From: Callorhinchus milii
Taxonomy: Eukaryota
Length of the DNA stretch: 64,000 bases
Direction of reading: 5' to 3'
Assembly: GCF_018977255.1 (NCBI RefSeq)
Contig: NW_024704742.1
Coordinates: 4,342,001 to 4,406,000, forward strand
In this document: piece after piece, positions 52,470 to 64,000 of the stretch
How the letters are laid out: every line of letters starts with the position of its first letter
Position numbering within the stretch: the stretch's first letter is position 1
Translations under genes and position numbers: made by a program
The notes under the pieces: generated by a model
What the model saw: the letters and a program-made list of their open reading frames with translations, nothing else
Database searches by the model: none
Told to the model about the DNA's origin: nothing

Positions 52470-54410
52470 GAGATAATCGAACCATGTGTGATTATCCTTG
52501 TGGGATTAATTGGCCTTCAAATTCCAATTTATTTGGCCGTACAAAGAGGGGGGGGTGGGGGGGTAATAATTCTGCTGTGCGTAAATGGATTGAGCCTGGC
52601 ATTGGGAGTTTATAACAGGCATTGTAACCATGCACCACCCAGAGGGTCTGTAAATTCACTGCCTGTCAGACTACAATGCTCCATGATGTCCACTATGCTG
52701 CTATCTGTACTGCACGCAACTTATCCAGGCCTTTGAGCTACTTAAAACCTCTTGCACTCGTTAGAACTCGATTCTTCAGTTTACCAATAATTGGGGTCTT
52801 TATTTCTTATTCGTCACTTTCATTAGCTGTAAACGTGTGCCAGCAATTTACAATGAGCCACGTAGACTATTAAATTACAAACTGCAGCACCTACTTGATA
52901 CTCCCTGGAAATGCGCTGGGAAATTTATTGCAAATGAAAAAACAAACGGTCCATTTGAGACTTAATTAATTGGTAATAATTAAACATTTTGTGCGATTCA
53001 GTGATAAGGGATATATACTTAATAGTCTATACATCCACACACAGTATAGATCCACTATATATTTTATATATATATACACAGCATAATCATATAGTAAATG
53101 AATTCATCTTAAAATTCATCCGTTTGATGTTTATTAAAGTGCTCTTCCTGGGACGTCTCATCTTAGTTGATGATTGAACAGTTCAGCTGTCAAGAATTAT
53201 CTTTGATGGACATTTCCATACAAGGCCCTTGCTGCTGTTTCCTCGTGCATTGATCTGGTTTAGTTTTTATTCGGCTCCTGCCTCTTTTCTATACAGCCTC
53301 GCTCTTTGCAAAGGCTGTTCGATATGCAGAATATTTCGGGGGAAGTGAGCAATTCTGTCACTGAGCTGATGGTGCTCAGTGACTCCTCGAGCTCTCCGCT
53401 GGTCTGTACTGCAGGAGCCTGACACCCTGACCACTGAGGCATAAAAAACACAGAATTGGAAGCCTGAGCCTGTCAGACTCCAGTGCATCCCCCGAGAGAC
53501 TGAGAGCAGGAGGGGAAGGAAGAAAATCACACAGCGAAATGTCGGCTTGCTTCAAATCATTTGAGCAGGCGTGCAGCTGATGACTTTAAATTTTCCGTTG
53601 TGTGCTGATTAATATGCACAGCCAGGAAATTTGCTATCACCCCCGTCTTCCCCCAACTAAATCAAAGCAAAAAAAAAAGCTGGGGATAGCAGTGGAGCAC
53701 TGCTGGATGAAGTTTGGCAAACATTGTGGAGGGAAAGGAGCTGGTCTGGCAAAATTCTGGAGGAAGCCACAAATATTTAATTAAGTCACTAAAGTGAATG
53801 CAAGTAATGGATTTTTAATGTTTCAGGGAGTAATCATGTTTACCTGGCTTATGCTAAAATGTTTATTCTAATTGGTTTATGGTACAAACAGTGTAAACCT
53901 CAGGAGTGAGCTATTTGCATCAGGTTAAAGCCCAGAATTCGTGAACTAAAATTGGTGATATTAATCCTCACGTGTGAATTTGAAAAGGCTTCTGGTGCTG
54001 CTGATGGGGGCAAAGAGCAGAGGGACGAAGGAGAAAGAGAATAGAAGAGGTGTGTGGAAGTCGGTGCAGAGAATATCTTGCCGACGCAGTGACTGGAATA
54101 TGGCACTAATTAGTGAGGCCAGTTGGGTGGATTGTTAATAAATCTCAAGTTATTTTTGCAGCATCTTTCTCACATCAACAAGTACCAGCTGTTCCGCCTG
54201 ATATAGTAAAATTAGTGACGTTTTGAGCTTTATGCAAAAATAAAACTGGTAATTGCAAACTAAGACGGGGTGCATATTGGTTATTAATGATGCTGCAGTA
54301 CATAATATCAAATTATTTCTCACCAGATGTGTTCCTATTGAGAGATCTCCTATTGTAGGACAACCAGTCACTAATTATCCTGAGTGTCTTTAATGTCTTG
54401 ATTAACGCCT
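52470..54410. promoter_or_regulatory. Candidate cluster of conserved non-coding enhancers upstream of exon 9
   Basis: ~2 kb without recognisable TEs; GGATTAATTG, TAATTAATT, CCTGTCAG (twice), and octamer ATTTGCAT at 53913-53920. Confidence 0.4.
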
Positions 54411-54419
54411 TCTGAATGT

Positions 54420-54819
<400 letters not shown>

Positions 54820-54929
54820 TAGCAATAGTGCAACCCGGGAATTGTTATCACCTTGTGAAGACGCTTATGATAATATTCTGCCGTTCCTGACAGTGCCTCT
54901 GTCATTGAGACTTTGCTGTGCGTTCTAAT

Positions 54930-55500
54930 AAGAGTGAGGTGATCTGATCATCTGATGGCCATTTGGATCATTGTGTCTGTGCTGTCAGTACCGATGTTTC
55001 TAAGCAGCCCTTACATTAATCCCACTTTCCAGCTTTTTCCCTCTATTCCTTAATATTATTCCTGCTCAGAATCGTATGCACTTCCCTTTTGAACAGTTCT
55101 ACCTCTCCAGTCACAATAGGCATTTGAAGCAATGAATTCTAAACCCGAATACCACTCAGTGGGAATGAAAAAATTCTTCTGACTTCTCCCCTATTTTTTC
55201 TGCTAACTATGGCCCCTTTGACTTTTGATTCCCCAAGTGAAGGAAATCCATAACCAGCCTGTTATGCCCCAACAGTACCTTGAATTTCTCTATCATATCA
55301 ATCTCCTGTGCTCCTGTGGAAAAAGGTCCAATTTAAGCAGCCTGTTTTTAAATGTAAATTGCCTCACACCTGGTATCAACCTAACCAATCTACCTTCTCT
55401 ATTTTCATTTCCTTCCGGTAACGAAAACTCTTGAACTGAACACAATACTCTCACTGTGGCCTCACCAATATCCTATACAATTCCAACATAACTTCCTAAC
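54930..55500 (-). mobile_element. Degenerate CR1 3' fragment
   Basis: ggccatttgg...ctcctgtggaaaaaggtccaattt...aactgaacacaatactc..tgtggcctcaccaat (LVRP.LEYCVQF read antisense). Confidence 0.7.
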
Positions 55501-55526
55501 TTCCACGCTCCGTATCCCAGGCTTTG

Positions 55527-55950
55527 GAGCCTGTCTCAGTGGTAGCACTCTCGCCTGTGAGTCAAAAGGTTGTGGGTTCAAACTACACATCCGGACACGA
55601 ACTCACAAAGTCGAAGGTGACGGTTTAGTGCAGTGCTGTGGGAGGTGCCATCCTTCAGATAAGATCTTAAACAAAGGTTCCATCTGCCTGTTCAGGTCAA
55701 TGTTAAAGATCCCATTACATGACTTGAAAAGTAAAGGGATTTTCTCCCAGTGTCCTGGCTAACAATCCTCAGAAACAATGAATTATTTGTGCCATGGTTG
55801 TTTGTGGGACATTCCTGAGTGCAATTGGGCTGCTACATTTGCCTATAAAAACACAATACGGCAAATACACTTTACAGTATTTCCTGTGAAGCATTTTGGG
55901 TTGTCCTCCTGACATGAAAGTCGCTTTAGCAAATGCAAGCATTAATATTT
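55527..55950 (+). mobile_element. Deu-domain-type SINE
   Basis: Same head and central domain as 51389. Confidence 0.75.
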
Positions 55951-56120
55951 TTATTTCCCATAACCTCATTTTCTTGCTTGATAGCCTTTTGTATCTGCCC
56001 TCCCATTTTTATATATTTGTGATTCACAGTGTGCTTATCAGGGTAAAAAAAATCACTTTTACCAACCAGTCCAGAGGCCACGAGCCTAGTCTGCTTGACT
56101 GATAGAAAGTAGTTTTGGGG

Positions 56121-56138
56121 GGCTCAGTAGAGGGCAGA
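56121..56138 (+). promoter_or_regulatory. Second CTCF-like motif
   Basis: GGCTCAGTAGAGGGCAGA; one mismatch to the core. Confidence 0.4.
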
Positions 56139-56282
56139 TTTCAACTCTTCTCTGCAGAAATATCATAACAAAATATAACAGAGTCCAAGGTAGGGCCTCA
56201 AATGACCAAATAATATTGCCTGCCTTAGATTAAAAAAAGGTGCTGAGTTGCGAAAAGAAATCAACCACTTACTTGGAGGGTG

Positions 56283-56300
56283 TGCTGCCACCTGCTGGTG
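56283..56300 (-). promoter_or_regulatory. CTCF-binding motif
   Basis: Minus strand CACCAGCAGGTGGCAGCA matches the core CCASYAGRKGGCRS exactly. Confidence 0.6.
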
Positions 56301-57181
56301 ATAATGTATGCCGATGTTAAATAAGGAACGCCGCAAATTGTAGTCTTAGTATAATATAATACACTAAAAAACCATGATCTAATACTTATATCATTTTACA
56401 GTATATTCTGTGAAGCGCTTTGAGACGTCTTAGAAGACGTGAAAAGCGCTATACCAAATGCAAGGATTATTATTATTATATATGGGATGGAATGGTGTAA
56501 GTGGTCACTGGTGCAACGTCACCAGGCTTGCCTGGATTCAATAAAAATCAGGAAACATCCAAACATTTTCATCAGTAAAAATGTAATTTTTAAAAAAAAA
56601 TTGCTGGAAGGTGAAGAATTCAGACAAAAATGAATCAAACCACCGCTGGAGCCTTAACAAAAGGGTCGAAGGTGAGGAAGAGGACTTTAAAAACGGCCAC
56701 TTATAGTGAGAATGACAGGTACTTTCAAAAAGGGGCAATGAATGGAGATAAATTATTATAATGGTTGATTTGTGGACTCCATATGTGAAAATTGTCGTGG
56801 AACAAAATTCAATAAAAAAATCAGCAAAAATTAAAAAAAGATAATCTTTGTATTTTGAATATAGCACCTCAACATGTTGATTAAAATGTCACAACGCGTT
56901 TCACAGGATTTACTGCATGGGTTTTCTATTTGTGGGCAAATTGTTTAATCTCTGCTGGTGCATGTTCAATCCTGATAATTACTTATCAACTTGTACAGTC
57001 AACTCAGTATGACTCCATGAACTAGCTGGAGCCCATTTGGACACAATTTGAGACCTTTTTTTTTTGTCAGCCGGGTGTCTGACACGCGCGGAAACCCATC
57101 ACCAATCTGAAGAGTATCGAAACCAAATTGAGAGCTCTACAGCCTACGTCTTACAGCCTACACGTGTAAATTCCCATATAT

Positions 57182-57514
57182 TGGAGTCCTGCAGCTCAGT
57201 GATTAGAGCGCTTGCCTCACAAGCTAGAGACCTGGGTTCGATTCCCGGCAGGGCGAAACGTTGGGCAAGTTTCCTTGCTCCACACGCCTCTGCTTATCTA
57301 GCAATAAGAAGGAACCCTCGATTGGCAGATCAATTTTCCAGCGGTAATAATTCTTTTTAAAAAAATTCATTCAATCCACGACTGTTTGTGGGACGTTGCT
57401 GTGCTCAATTGTCTGCTGTGTTTCGCCCTCAAAATATACAGCCAATTCACTTTACAGTATATTCTGTGAAGCGCTTTGAAACATCTCGTATCAAATGGAA
57501 GGATTATTATTATT
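57182..57514 (+). mobile_element. tRNA-headed SINE (older subfamily)
   Basis: TGGAGTCCTGCAGCTCAGTG...GGGTTCGATTCCC head, shared body and tail. Confidence 0.88.
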
Positions 57515-58252
57515 GGAATGGAATGCACACTCTATTCCAGTGGGATGCATCCTGTTTACCTAATTCAGGCAGGTGTATGTGTCCCTATTAAAATTAACGG
57601 TCCAATTGTGGATGATTTTAGGCTAAAATCTTGTGCCTGGTAATGTCAGAGTGGAACTATTCCTTCAAGCTGGGAAGTCTTTTGAAAATGATCATTTTCG
57701 CTAAAAATGTGCTTAAGGTCTGAAATGAGGTCTTGTGGGTGGTTCTAAATTGAAGCATTGCATCAACATTTTTTGTCACCTCAGTATGAGCATCCATTGT
57801 CATTACTGGATTACAAAAACATTCATGCATGCTCACATAATAGGATTCTCAGTTAAGCCATGCAAGTTTTTCATCCATGACTTGTCTATTGGGTAATTGA
57901 GAATGGTCAATACTGTCTCCATCAAGCACATTGGGCAAATAGCAAAAGAAGGACACTTGCCTGGATATCCTATTGTTCCCTGTCACATATTTTGGTTTCA
58001 AATTCATTTAAGGAACTAAATTAAAATATTCTATCATAACATCAATCATTTCCCATTTCTATTTTGAAGATGACAAAACCTTCCTACGCTTTGTGTGATA
58101 TCAGTTAGTCTCTTAACGTCACACATTTCTGTCCTTCCCATATGATGATTGATCAGTATGACTGGCCCTGCGTTATAGAACCTGCGTTAAATGCAATTTA
58201 GGCATTTGGCAATTGTGTCCTGTTTGTAATGAGAGGACAGTGCAAGCGTAGA

Positions 58253-58455
58253 TAATAATGGCAATCCTTGCATTTGATACAGAGCCTTATCACATCTTTG
58301 AGATGCCTCAAAGCGCTTCAGAGAATATACTGTAAAGTGAATTAACTATATTTTGTGGGCGAAACATGACGGCCAATTGGTCACAGCAGTGCCCCACAAA
58401 CCGTCGTGGATTGAGTGGCCACATTTTTTTAAAAGTGTTTATTACCCCCGGAAAA
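58253..58455 (-). mobile_element. SINE 3' half
   Basis: Tail and core. Confidence 0.82.
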
Positions 58456-58496
58456 GTAATTTTAGTGCAAAGTGAAAAGTACAGAGTATGGAGAAC

Positions 58497-59145
58497 TGGT
58501 AAAATTGCAATGTGAACTGAGTGTTTGAAATAACGCATAATGAATACAGTGCGAAAGTTCAAACTGATACTTTTAAAAGAACACTAAATGCAAGTAACAA
58601 AATCTAATGAAGAAAAATGATCCAATTTCATGCTCTTTGAATGTGATAACTCCTCTGCCATTTTAGCTCATTACTTTTAACTTGACATAGATCAAGATAA
58701 ATTTCTTTTGATGCATTGTTCCTGTTTCCTCACTGACACGATATGTGTATATTGAAGAATTTAACTCAAGATGACAGAATTCCCACTCTAATACACCTCA
58801 ACTATTTCAGCTTTCCTCATGTTTCACAAGAATATGAGGTTACTATGTACAAGCGAATGGTCTCGACTGCTAAACAATGAGGTCGTTCCTGTACAGAGGT
58901 CACGTCCTTTCGAGTCATCTCATTGTATGAAAGCGACTTCAGAGTTCTTGAGGTGGCGAAAGAGCGGCGAACGTGATTTATGTTCTGAATTATTCATTTC
59001 AGAGTAGGTGCTGCTGGACTAATTCAACAATTATAATGCCAGTGCTACCCACATCAGCATTTGAAAATAAATTATATGTTTGCCCTTTCACACTGTATTC
59101 ATTGTGCATTGTTTGAAACACTCGGTTCACGTTGCAATTTTACCA
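58497..59145. mobile_element. Non-autonomous DNA transposon relic with ~68-bp terminal inverted repeats
   Basis: 58497-58564 is the reverse complement of 59078-59145 with about 9 mismatches (TGGTAAAATTGCAA.GTGAAC.GAGTGTTT.AAA.AA.GCA.AATGAATACAGTG.GAAAG..CAAAC). Confidence 0.8.
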
Positions 59146-59184
59146 CAGGCTGCCATTCGATCTTCAGTTATGATCGTGTGTCAG

Positions 59185-59520
59185 CCTAGCACTGTCACCT
59201 CTGAGACGGAAGGTTTGTGGGTTCAAGCCCCACGTCAGGACTTGGAATCACATCGTCTAAGATGACACTCCAATGCAGTGCCGGGGGTGTACTGCATTTT
59301 CTGAGGTGTTGTCTTCGGCCGAGCCATTAAACTGAGGTCCCACCTGCCTGTTCATTCATTCAGGAGGATGTTAAAGATCCCATGGCACTATTCGAAAAGA
59401 GAAGGGAGTTTCTCCCGGTGTCCGGACCAACAATCCCCCAAATAATATTGGTCATTCCCTTCCTGGCTGTTTGTGGGACACTGCTCTGTGCAATTGGCTA
59501 TAGTGTTCACCCACAAAAAC
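59185..59520 (+). mobile_element. Deu-domain-type SINE
   Basis: Same head and central domain; truncated by the Penelope-like piece. Confidence 0.75.
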
Positions 59521-59525
59521 AGAGA

Positions 59526-59652
59526 GACGGAAGGTCATCGACCTGAAACATTACCGCACTTTCCTCTCTCCATAGATGCTGCCTGACCTGCTGAGTGTTC
59601 CCAGCGACTTCTGTTTTTATTTCAGATTTCCAGCGTTTGCAGTATTTTGCCT
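59526..59652 (+). mobile_element. Penelope-like terminal-repeat remnant
   Basis: aaggtcatcgacctgaaac...ctctctccatagatgctgcctgacctgctgagt..tccagc..ttctgtttttatttcagatttccagc, as recalled for chondrichthyan Penelope repeats. Confidence 0.7.
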
Positions 59653-59734
59653 CTTACTCAACGAAGTTGTCGAGTTATTATTATTATTATTATTATTTAT
59701 TATTATTATAACTGCACCTCTTGTTATCTTCCAG

Positions 59735-59811
59735 GTTCCCCATATTATTATAGTGCCGCAGCCCGGGGCACACAGCCAGCCACCCCTGCCACAGCCTATG
59801 ACCGTCACTAG
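59735..59811 (+). CDS. PAX5: Pax5 terminal coding exon (equivalent to human exon 10), to the TAG stop
   Basis: Acceptor ttgttatcttccag|GT. Translates (S)SPYYYSAAARGTQPATPATAYDRH*, the canonical Pax2/5 C-terminus. Confidence 0.97.
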
Positions 59812-62800
59812 CTGTGGCCCAGGCTCCAGGTACGAAGAATTTGTGCACTTACAACACATATCAATCAGGTCTGAGAGAACGGGAAATATGTGAAGCTCAG
59901 AAGATCCAATGTGAATTTCCGGCAGAGTTTCAGTGGAATGGCTACTGGGAATCCTTTGCTGTTTTTTTTACTGTAGAACAACAGAACCCGCTGACCTTTA
60001 ACCCACGTTCTTTAGCAACCCAGGCAACGTGTCCATATATTGGTAAAGAGAGACTGTTCAAAATTAAAAAAAAAAAATATTTTAAGAAAAGTATCATTTA
60101 CTATAGGTACAGTAGCTTTATTTTATACGGTTCTTTTTCTGGGAACGAATTTTAAAACGAAGAGTAGCACAACGCCGTCTATACTTAAAAACTGTGATCT
60201 TGATTGTTGAATCACTGCACTTAAAAGAGTATTTGGAGATCAGCGCCCACACAGCAGAGGGTAACTCTGCAGGACACATACACTGTAACCACACCTCCCA
60301 CCACGATAATAACCTTTCGAGCACCAGGGCAGCATTTTTATGAAGCAAAGCTTGCGGAGGGTGAGAAATTTCTCTTCCGAGTAAGTGCAGATGCTTTGAC
60401 GTTGTATGGTTCTGCTGTTCTAAGACCGTATCTATCGTTAAGAGTCTCCACTGAGTGACGAGAAGAATTTCACCCCTCCCCAGTTTCTTAAACAGTGGAC
60501 AAATCATGCCCGAATGTTGGAGTGTTCCTGGTTTCGATACGTTTCTAAAATTCCAAATCACTTGAGTATAACATTTGGACAAAACAAATCCTTGCCGTAT
60601 CAGGACTGTGTGGTAGACCAGTGTGGCTTGTACAATGGAAAGCAACGGTCAATTTATGGTCTGTCTCCCCTTCACCTGTAGCTCTCATCAGCCCTGCTCC
60701 ATACGGTTCTCAGCTTCCGTTCTTTGGCTTGCTAGGACGCAAGAGAGTAATAAGGAATGCTATAATGAGATAGGCTTATCCCAACATCCATAGGTCAAGT
60801 CAACATGCAGCATTGAAAGAAAGAGACGATTATTTACTGTTACCGACACGGACTGGTTGGCCCAAATGGCCTGTTTCCGTGCCGTATACCATTCTATGTA
60901 TCTAGCCTCTACTTGGCAACCTCCAACTGTGGACCGATCAACATCAGCAGCTCAGGGTGAGGGATTTGACCCACTCCCCATCACTCTATGGTGGTGTCAG
61001 AGCTTTCTGAGAGCGACTGTTGAGCAAGACGCTGCTTGGGATTGTAACCTTTGAGGAACAACATTGTAAGCTGTGTAACAGGTTTAGCGCTCAAACAGAT
61101 AGGAAACTGGATCACACCGGACTGTTGTTGATAGTCCTCTATACTGCTCATTAGTAATTAGAATCAAGGTACAGCCTTTGAAGAAAGTGACTAAGTAAGA
61201 GTAAGAGTGACCCGTTTTACATCATTAAACTGGTTAATTGAGGGACAATGTAGTTAACCACTGCTGTTACTTCATTAGCACCTGGCTGTATGGAGGAGGA
61301 AAGAGGGTAGGCGAAGATTATTCTGACTCTTTGACTATTGCAGGATCAATTATTCACTGAAATATACTTCACTTGTCAGGGATTTTAGTTATTCAAGGAT
61401 TCTCTGAATCAAACATTCTGCATTTCATTTACATGAATTTGGAGATTTCCAGCCTTAGACCCACAGGGAACATTTTTTGTCTGACCTGACTTTCAGACCA
61501 TGATTGGACTCAGATCTTCTGCATTTCTCTTGTCCCTTCCAATCCACCATTGGTGGCTGTCCTTTCAGCCACTATGCCCTGAGTTTCTGGAGCTCCCTGC
61601 CTAAATCCCTCCATTTTGCCCCCTCTTTGCCCATCTTGAAATCACACCTGGAGACATTCTTCTTCGATCGTGCCTTTGTTCGCCTTCCCTCTCTTTTCAG
61701 CTCAGCATCAAACCACACCGCTGTTAAGCACCCTGAGACACTCCACCCTTGAAGGGTGTGATACAAATGCAAGTTGTGGTTGAACTCGCCTCCTGTAAAA
61801 CTGCAGAGCACTTGTAGGGCAAAACAGCTCACCTGTAAGCCTCATTGATACTGCTTTAAACCTACCATAATTTTTAGCCTCAATCCTCTACCCGCCCCCC
61901 CTCCCCCAAAAATGTGCCTCAGACTCTCGCATCAGCCCTATTTTATACTGAGTTTTGTTTTGTAAGAAAGTTCTTCGTGAAGAAAACACACGTGTGACAG
62001 AATGGGGGGATATCGAAGGAACAAAAACTCTTAAAAAGGTTATCTCCTGTGTGTAATATATACGGCCCGGGGTAGGGGGAAGGGATGGAAGAGGGAGAAA
62101 GGGGAAGAGAATCTTAAACAAAAGGCCTAAGTGTACCAGAAAACATGCTGTTTTCACTAATTGTTACAAGAGGTCTGGATCTGGGCTGGAATAGCTTGGG
62201 CACAGGGTTGGAAGCTTTCACACTGACTGAGCAGAAGTGCTGTGGGTGGGCTATCTAACTTTGATGTTCCCTCCCTTCCAGATAATAAGCTGGAACAGCT
62301 TGCAATTGACGATTACAAAAACGAAAACATCAGCCATTTACAAATGACTCTAGCCCGTTTCCAGCCCAGACAAAGGCCTCACTCAATACCAGTTGGATTG
62401 AGGCAAACGAGTGATGCAGATATTTCCAGAAAACTCTTAAGTAGCAACTAAACAGTGACTGTACAATTATAATCTTGTCAATTGTGAGCAGCACATGGAA
62501 CCAATTATTTATTTGCTGAGACTGTACATACAGTGCCTCACTTCACCCATATGTTGTAATGCAAATAACAGTCTTGTAGTTTAAGCCTTGACACCTGCTC
62601 ATGTTCTGTAACCTCCACTTCTGTTAGCTGAGGATGTTGTTTGATTCTTACTAGTATTGTAGTGCCCTCACCACAGTTTTACCTGGCATGCCACAGCTGA
62701 TTGTACCACATTTCCATACTTTCTCTGAATAGAGCTTTATTCAGCTCTTGCATTGCTTGGATGCAAGAAGGAAAAAGCAGTCACAGCAGAATGTCACCAT

Positions 62801-64000
62801 TTGTCACCAATTCCTAGAACACATGAGATTTAACACTGCCGTGTTTTTCTGCTCTTTTGGAAAAAAAAATGAACCGCCTGTGTCCTTAAGCACTCTTGCT
62901 CCCAGCCAAGGAGACTCAGTGTGTTTTTTCCCCCATTGCCAAATGCTTAATATGGAAAGGTGCAGATTTTGATCATTTCTGTATGGTACAATGGAAGTTC
63001 ATGGACCCAGGGGCAGGCAGGAGAGGACCTATTGCTTTTTCTTTGCACAGATGGTAATCAACGACTGGAACAGATTACTGGGAAATGTGGTGGAAGCCAG
63101 GGTAGGACACTGGACTCAATTAAAAAGCAGCTTGATGCAGTGATGGGGGGGTGGGACTGGTGTTCTGGAGAGATGAGATTGGATGAGCTGAAGGGTTTTA
63201 TTCATCCAGACTACTCTTGTGATCTTGGAGAACAGTGGGCAACTTCAGATTATCCCACAGATACTAGATTGCATTATTCATGGGTGTTTAACAAGTGGGG
63301 GAGGGGGTAGAAGGTTCTGATATACAGGTGGTGCAAACCCACTGTTCCCCACGTTTATGCCACAGCTGACAAACTGCTGTATGACGTGTTAACATCTTGC
63401 TTCTGATTGCATTGAAGCATGTACACACCCAAATTGATGTCACAAAGAAAAGAAGCCATCACAACAGAAAACTATTGTGGCATAGTGGACCCCACTGATA
63501 CTATCCCATTATAGTGGAATAACAAATCATTTAACTCACGGGATCTGATAGGAGGCATTTGGTTTATAACCAAAAAAAAGGTCACATTTGATGAAATGTC
63601 AACCAGGTGAATGTTTCAATATTTCCTAAATGACGCACAGGTTTGATGAAACACCTGATAGAAACTGGAAAGTTTCCAGTGGCATCTGCAGCTGACCCCT
63701 CATTTGCTTCAGTACAGTACGTCCCTAAAAGATTTAAAGACTTTAGGAGAATTCAGCCTCACAATGCATGTGACTGACATGTACTGTAATCTTATGGTAT
63801 TAATGATAATTTCAAACAATGCTGTAACTTCAAAAATTGTTTATTACTGTCATTATTATCAAAGAGGAGAACATCGCCAACCTTGTTTCCACTCATATGG
63901 TGCTTAGCTGCAGTGTTCAGTTGTTTGAGTGAGCCTCAGTGGGTAGAATTGGTATGTCACATATTTTCCTCCCCCAGATATGAATCATCCCCTCCTGTCC
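59812..64000 (+). other. Putative Pax5 3' UTR and/or downstream flank (3' end not determinable)
   Basis: Follows the stop codon. I saw no clear AATAAA; ATTAAA occurs at ~60063, ~61223 and ~63119. Confidence 0.45.
61510..61782 (+). mobile_element. Old L2 3' end
   Basis: STIGGCPFSHYALSFWSSLPKSL...KSHLETFFFDRAF, followed by a tail. Confidence 0.8.

Noticed and set aside
57102..57135. CCAAT-CTGAAGA-GTATC-GAAAC-CAA-ATTG hammerhead-like string (and CTGATGA-CCC-GAAA at ~8260)
   Set aside because: No NUH cleavage triplet or helix III, and helix II is too short; compatible with chance.
60118..60645. 175-aa antisense ORF in the 3' UTR region
   Set aside because: Non-ATG start and no recognisable domain; probably chance.

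Overview
Eukaryotic (vertebrate, most likely cartilaginous-fish/chimaera-type; taxon inferred from the repeat families) genomic DNA. It carries the 3' half of a Pax5 gene on the + strand. Four spliced coding exons, all missed by the ORF track, correspond to human PAX5 exons 7-10: 5781-5907, 34472-34573, 54701-54787 and 59735-59811. They have canonical GT-AG junctions and a continuous frame ending ...TAYDRH*. The introns (~28.6, ~20.1 and ~4.9 kb) alternate between repeat-free, enhancer-like blocks and dense retroposon content. The repeats include a young 5'-truncated L2 LINE with an uninterrupted RT frame (48955-51299, - strand), many L2 and CR1 fragments, tRNA(Ala)-headed SINEs sharing the L2 3' stem-loop, older Deu-domain SINEs, Penelope-like remnants (one with a decayed hammerhead core), a TIR-bounded DNA-transposon relic, and mini/microsatellites. 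The most notable unannotated signals are a local AT-to-GC substitution hotspot at ~39.3-40.6 kb, covarying L2/SINE 3' stem-loops, tandem duplications at retroposon 5' junctions, a convergent CTCF motif pair in the last intron, and TE-derived competing splice acceptors just upstream of the terminal exon. I found no evidence for a wholly new multi-gene system. Family assignments are from recall, not database searches.
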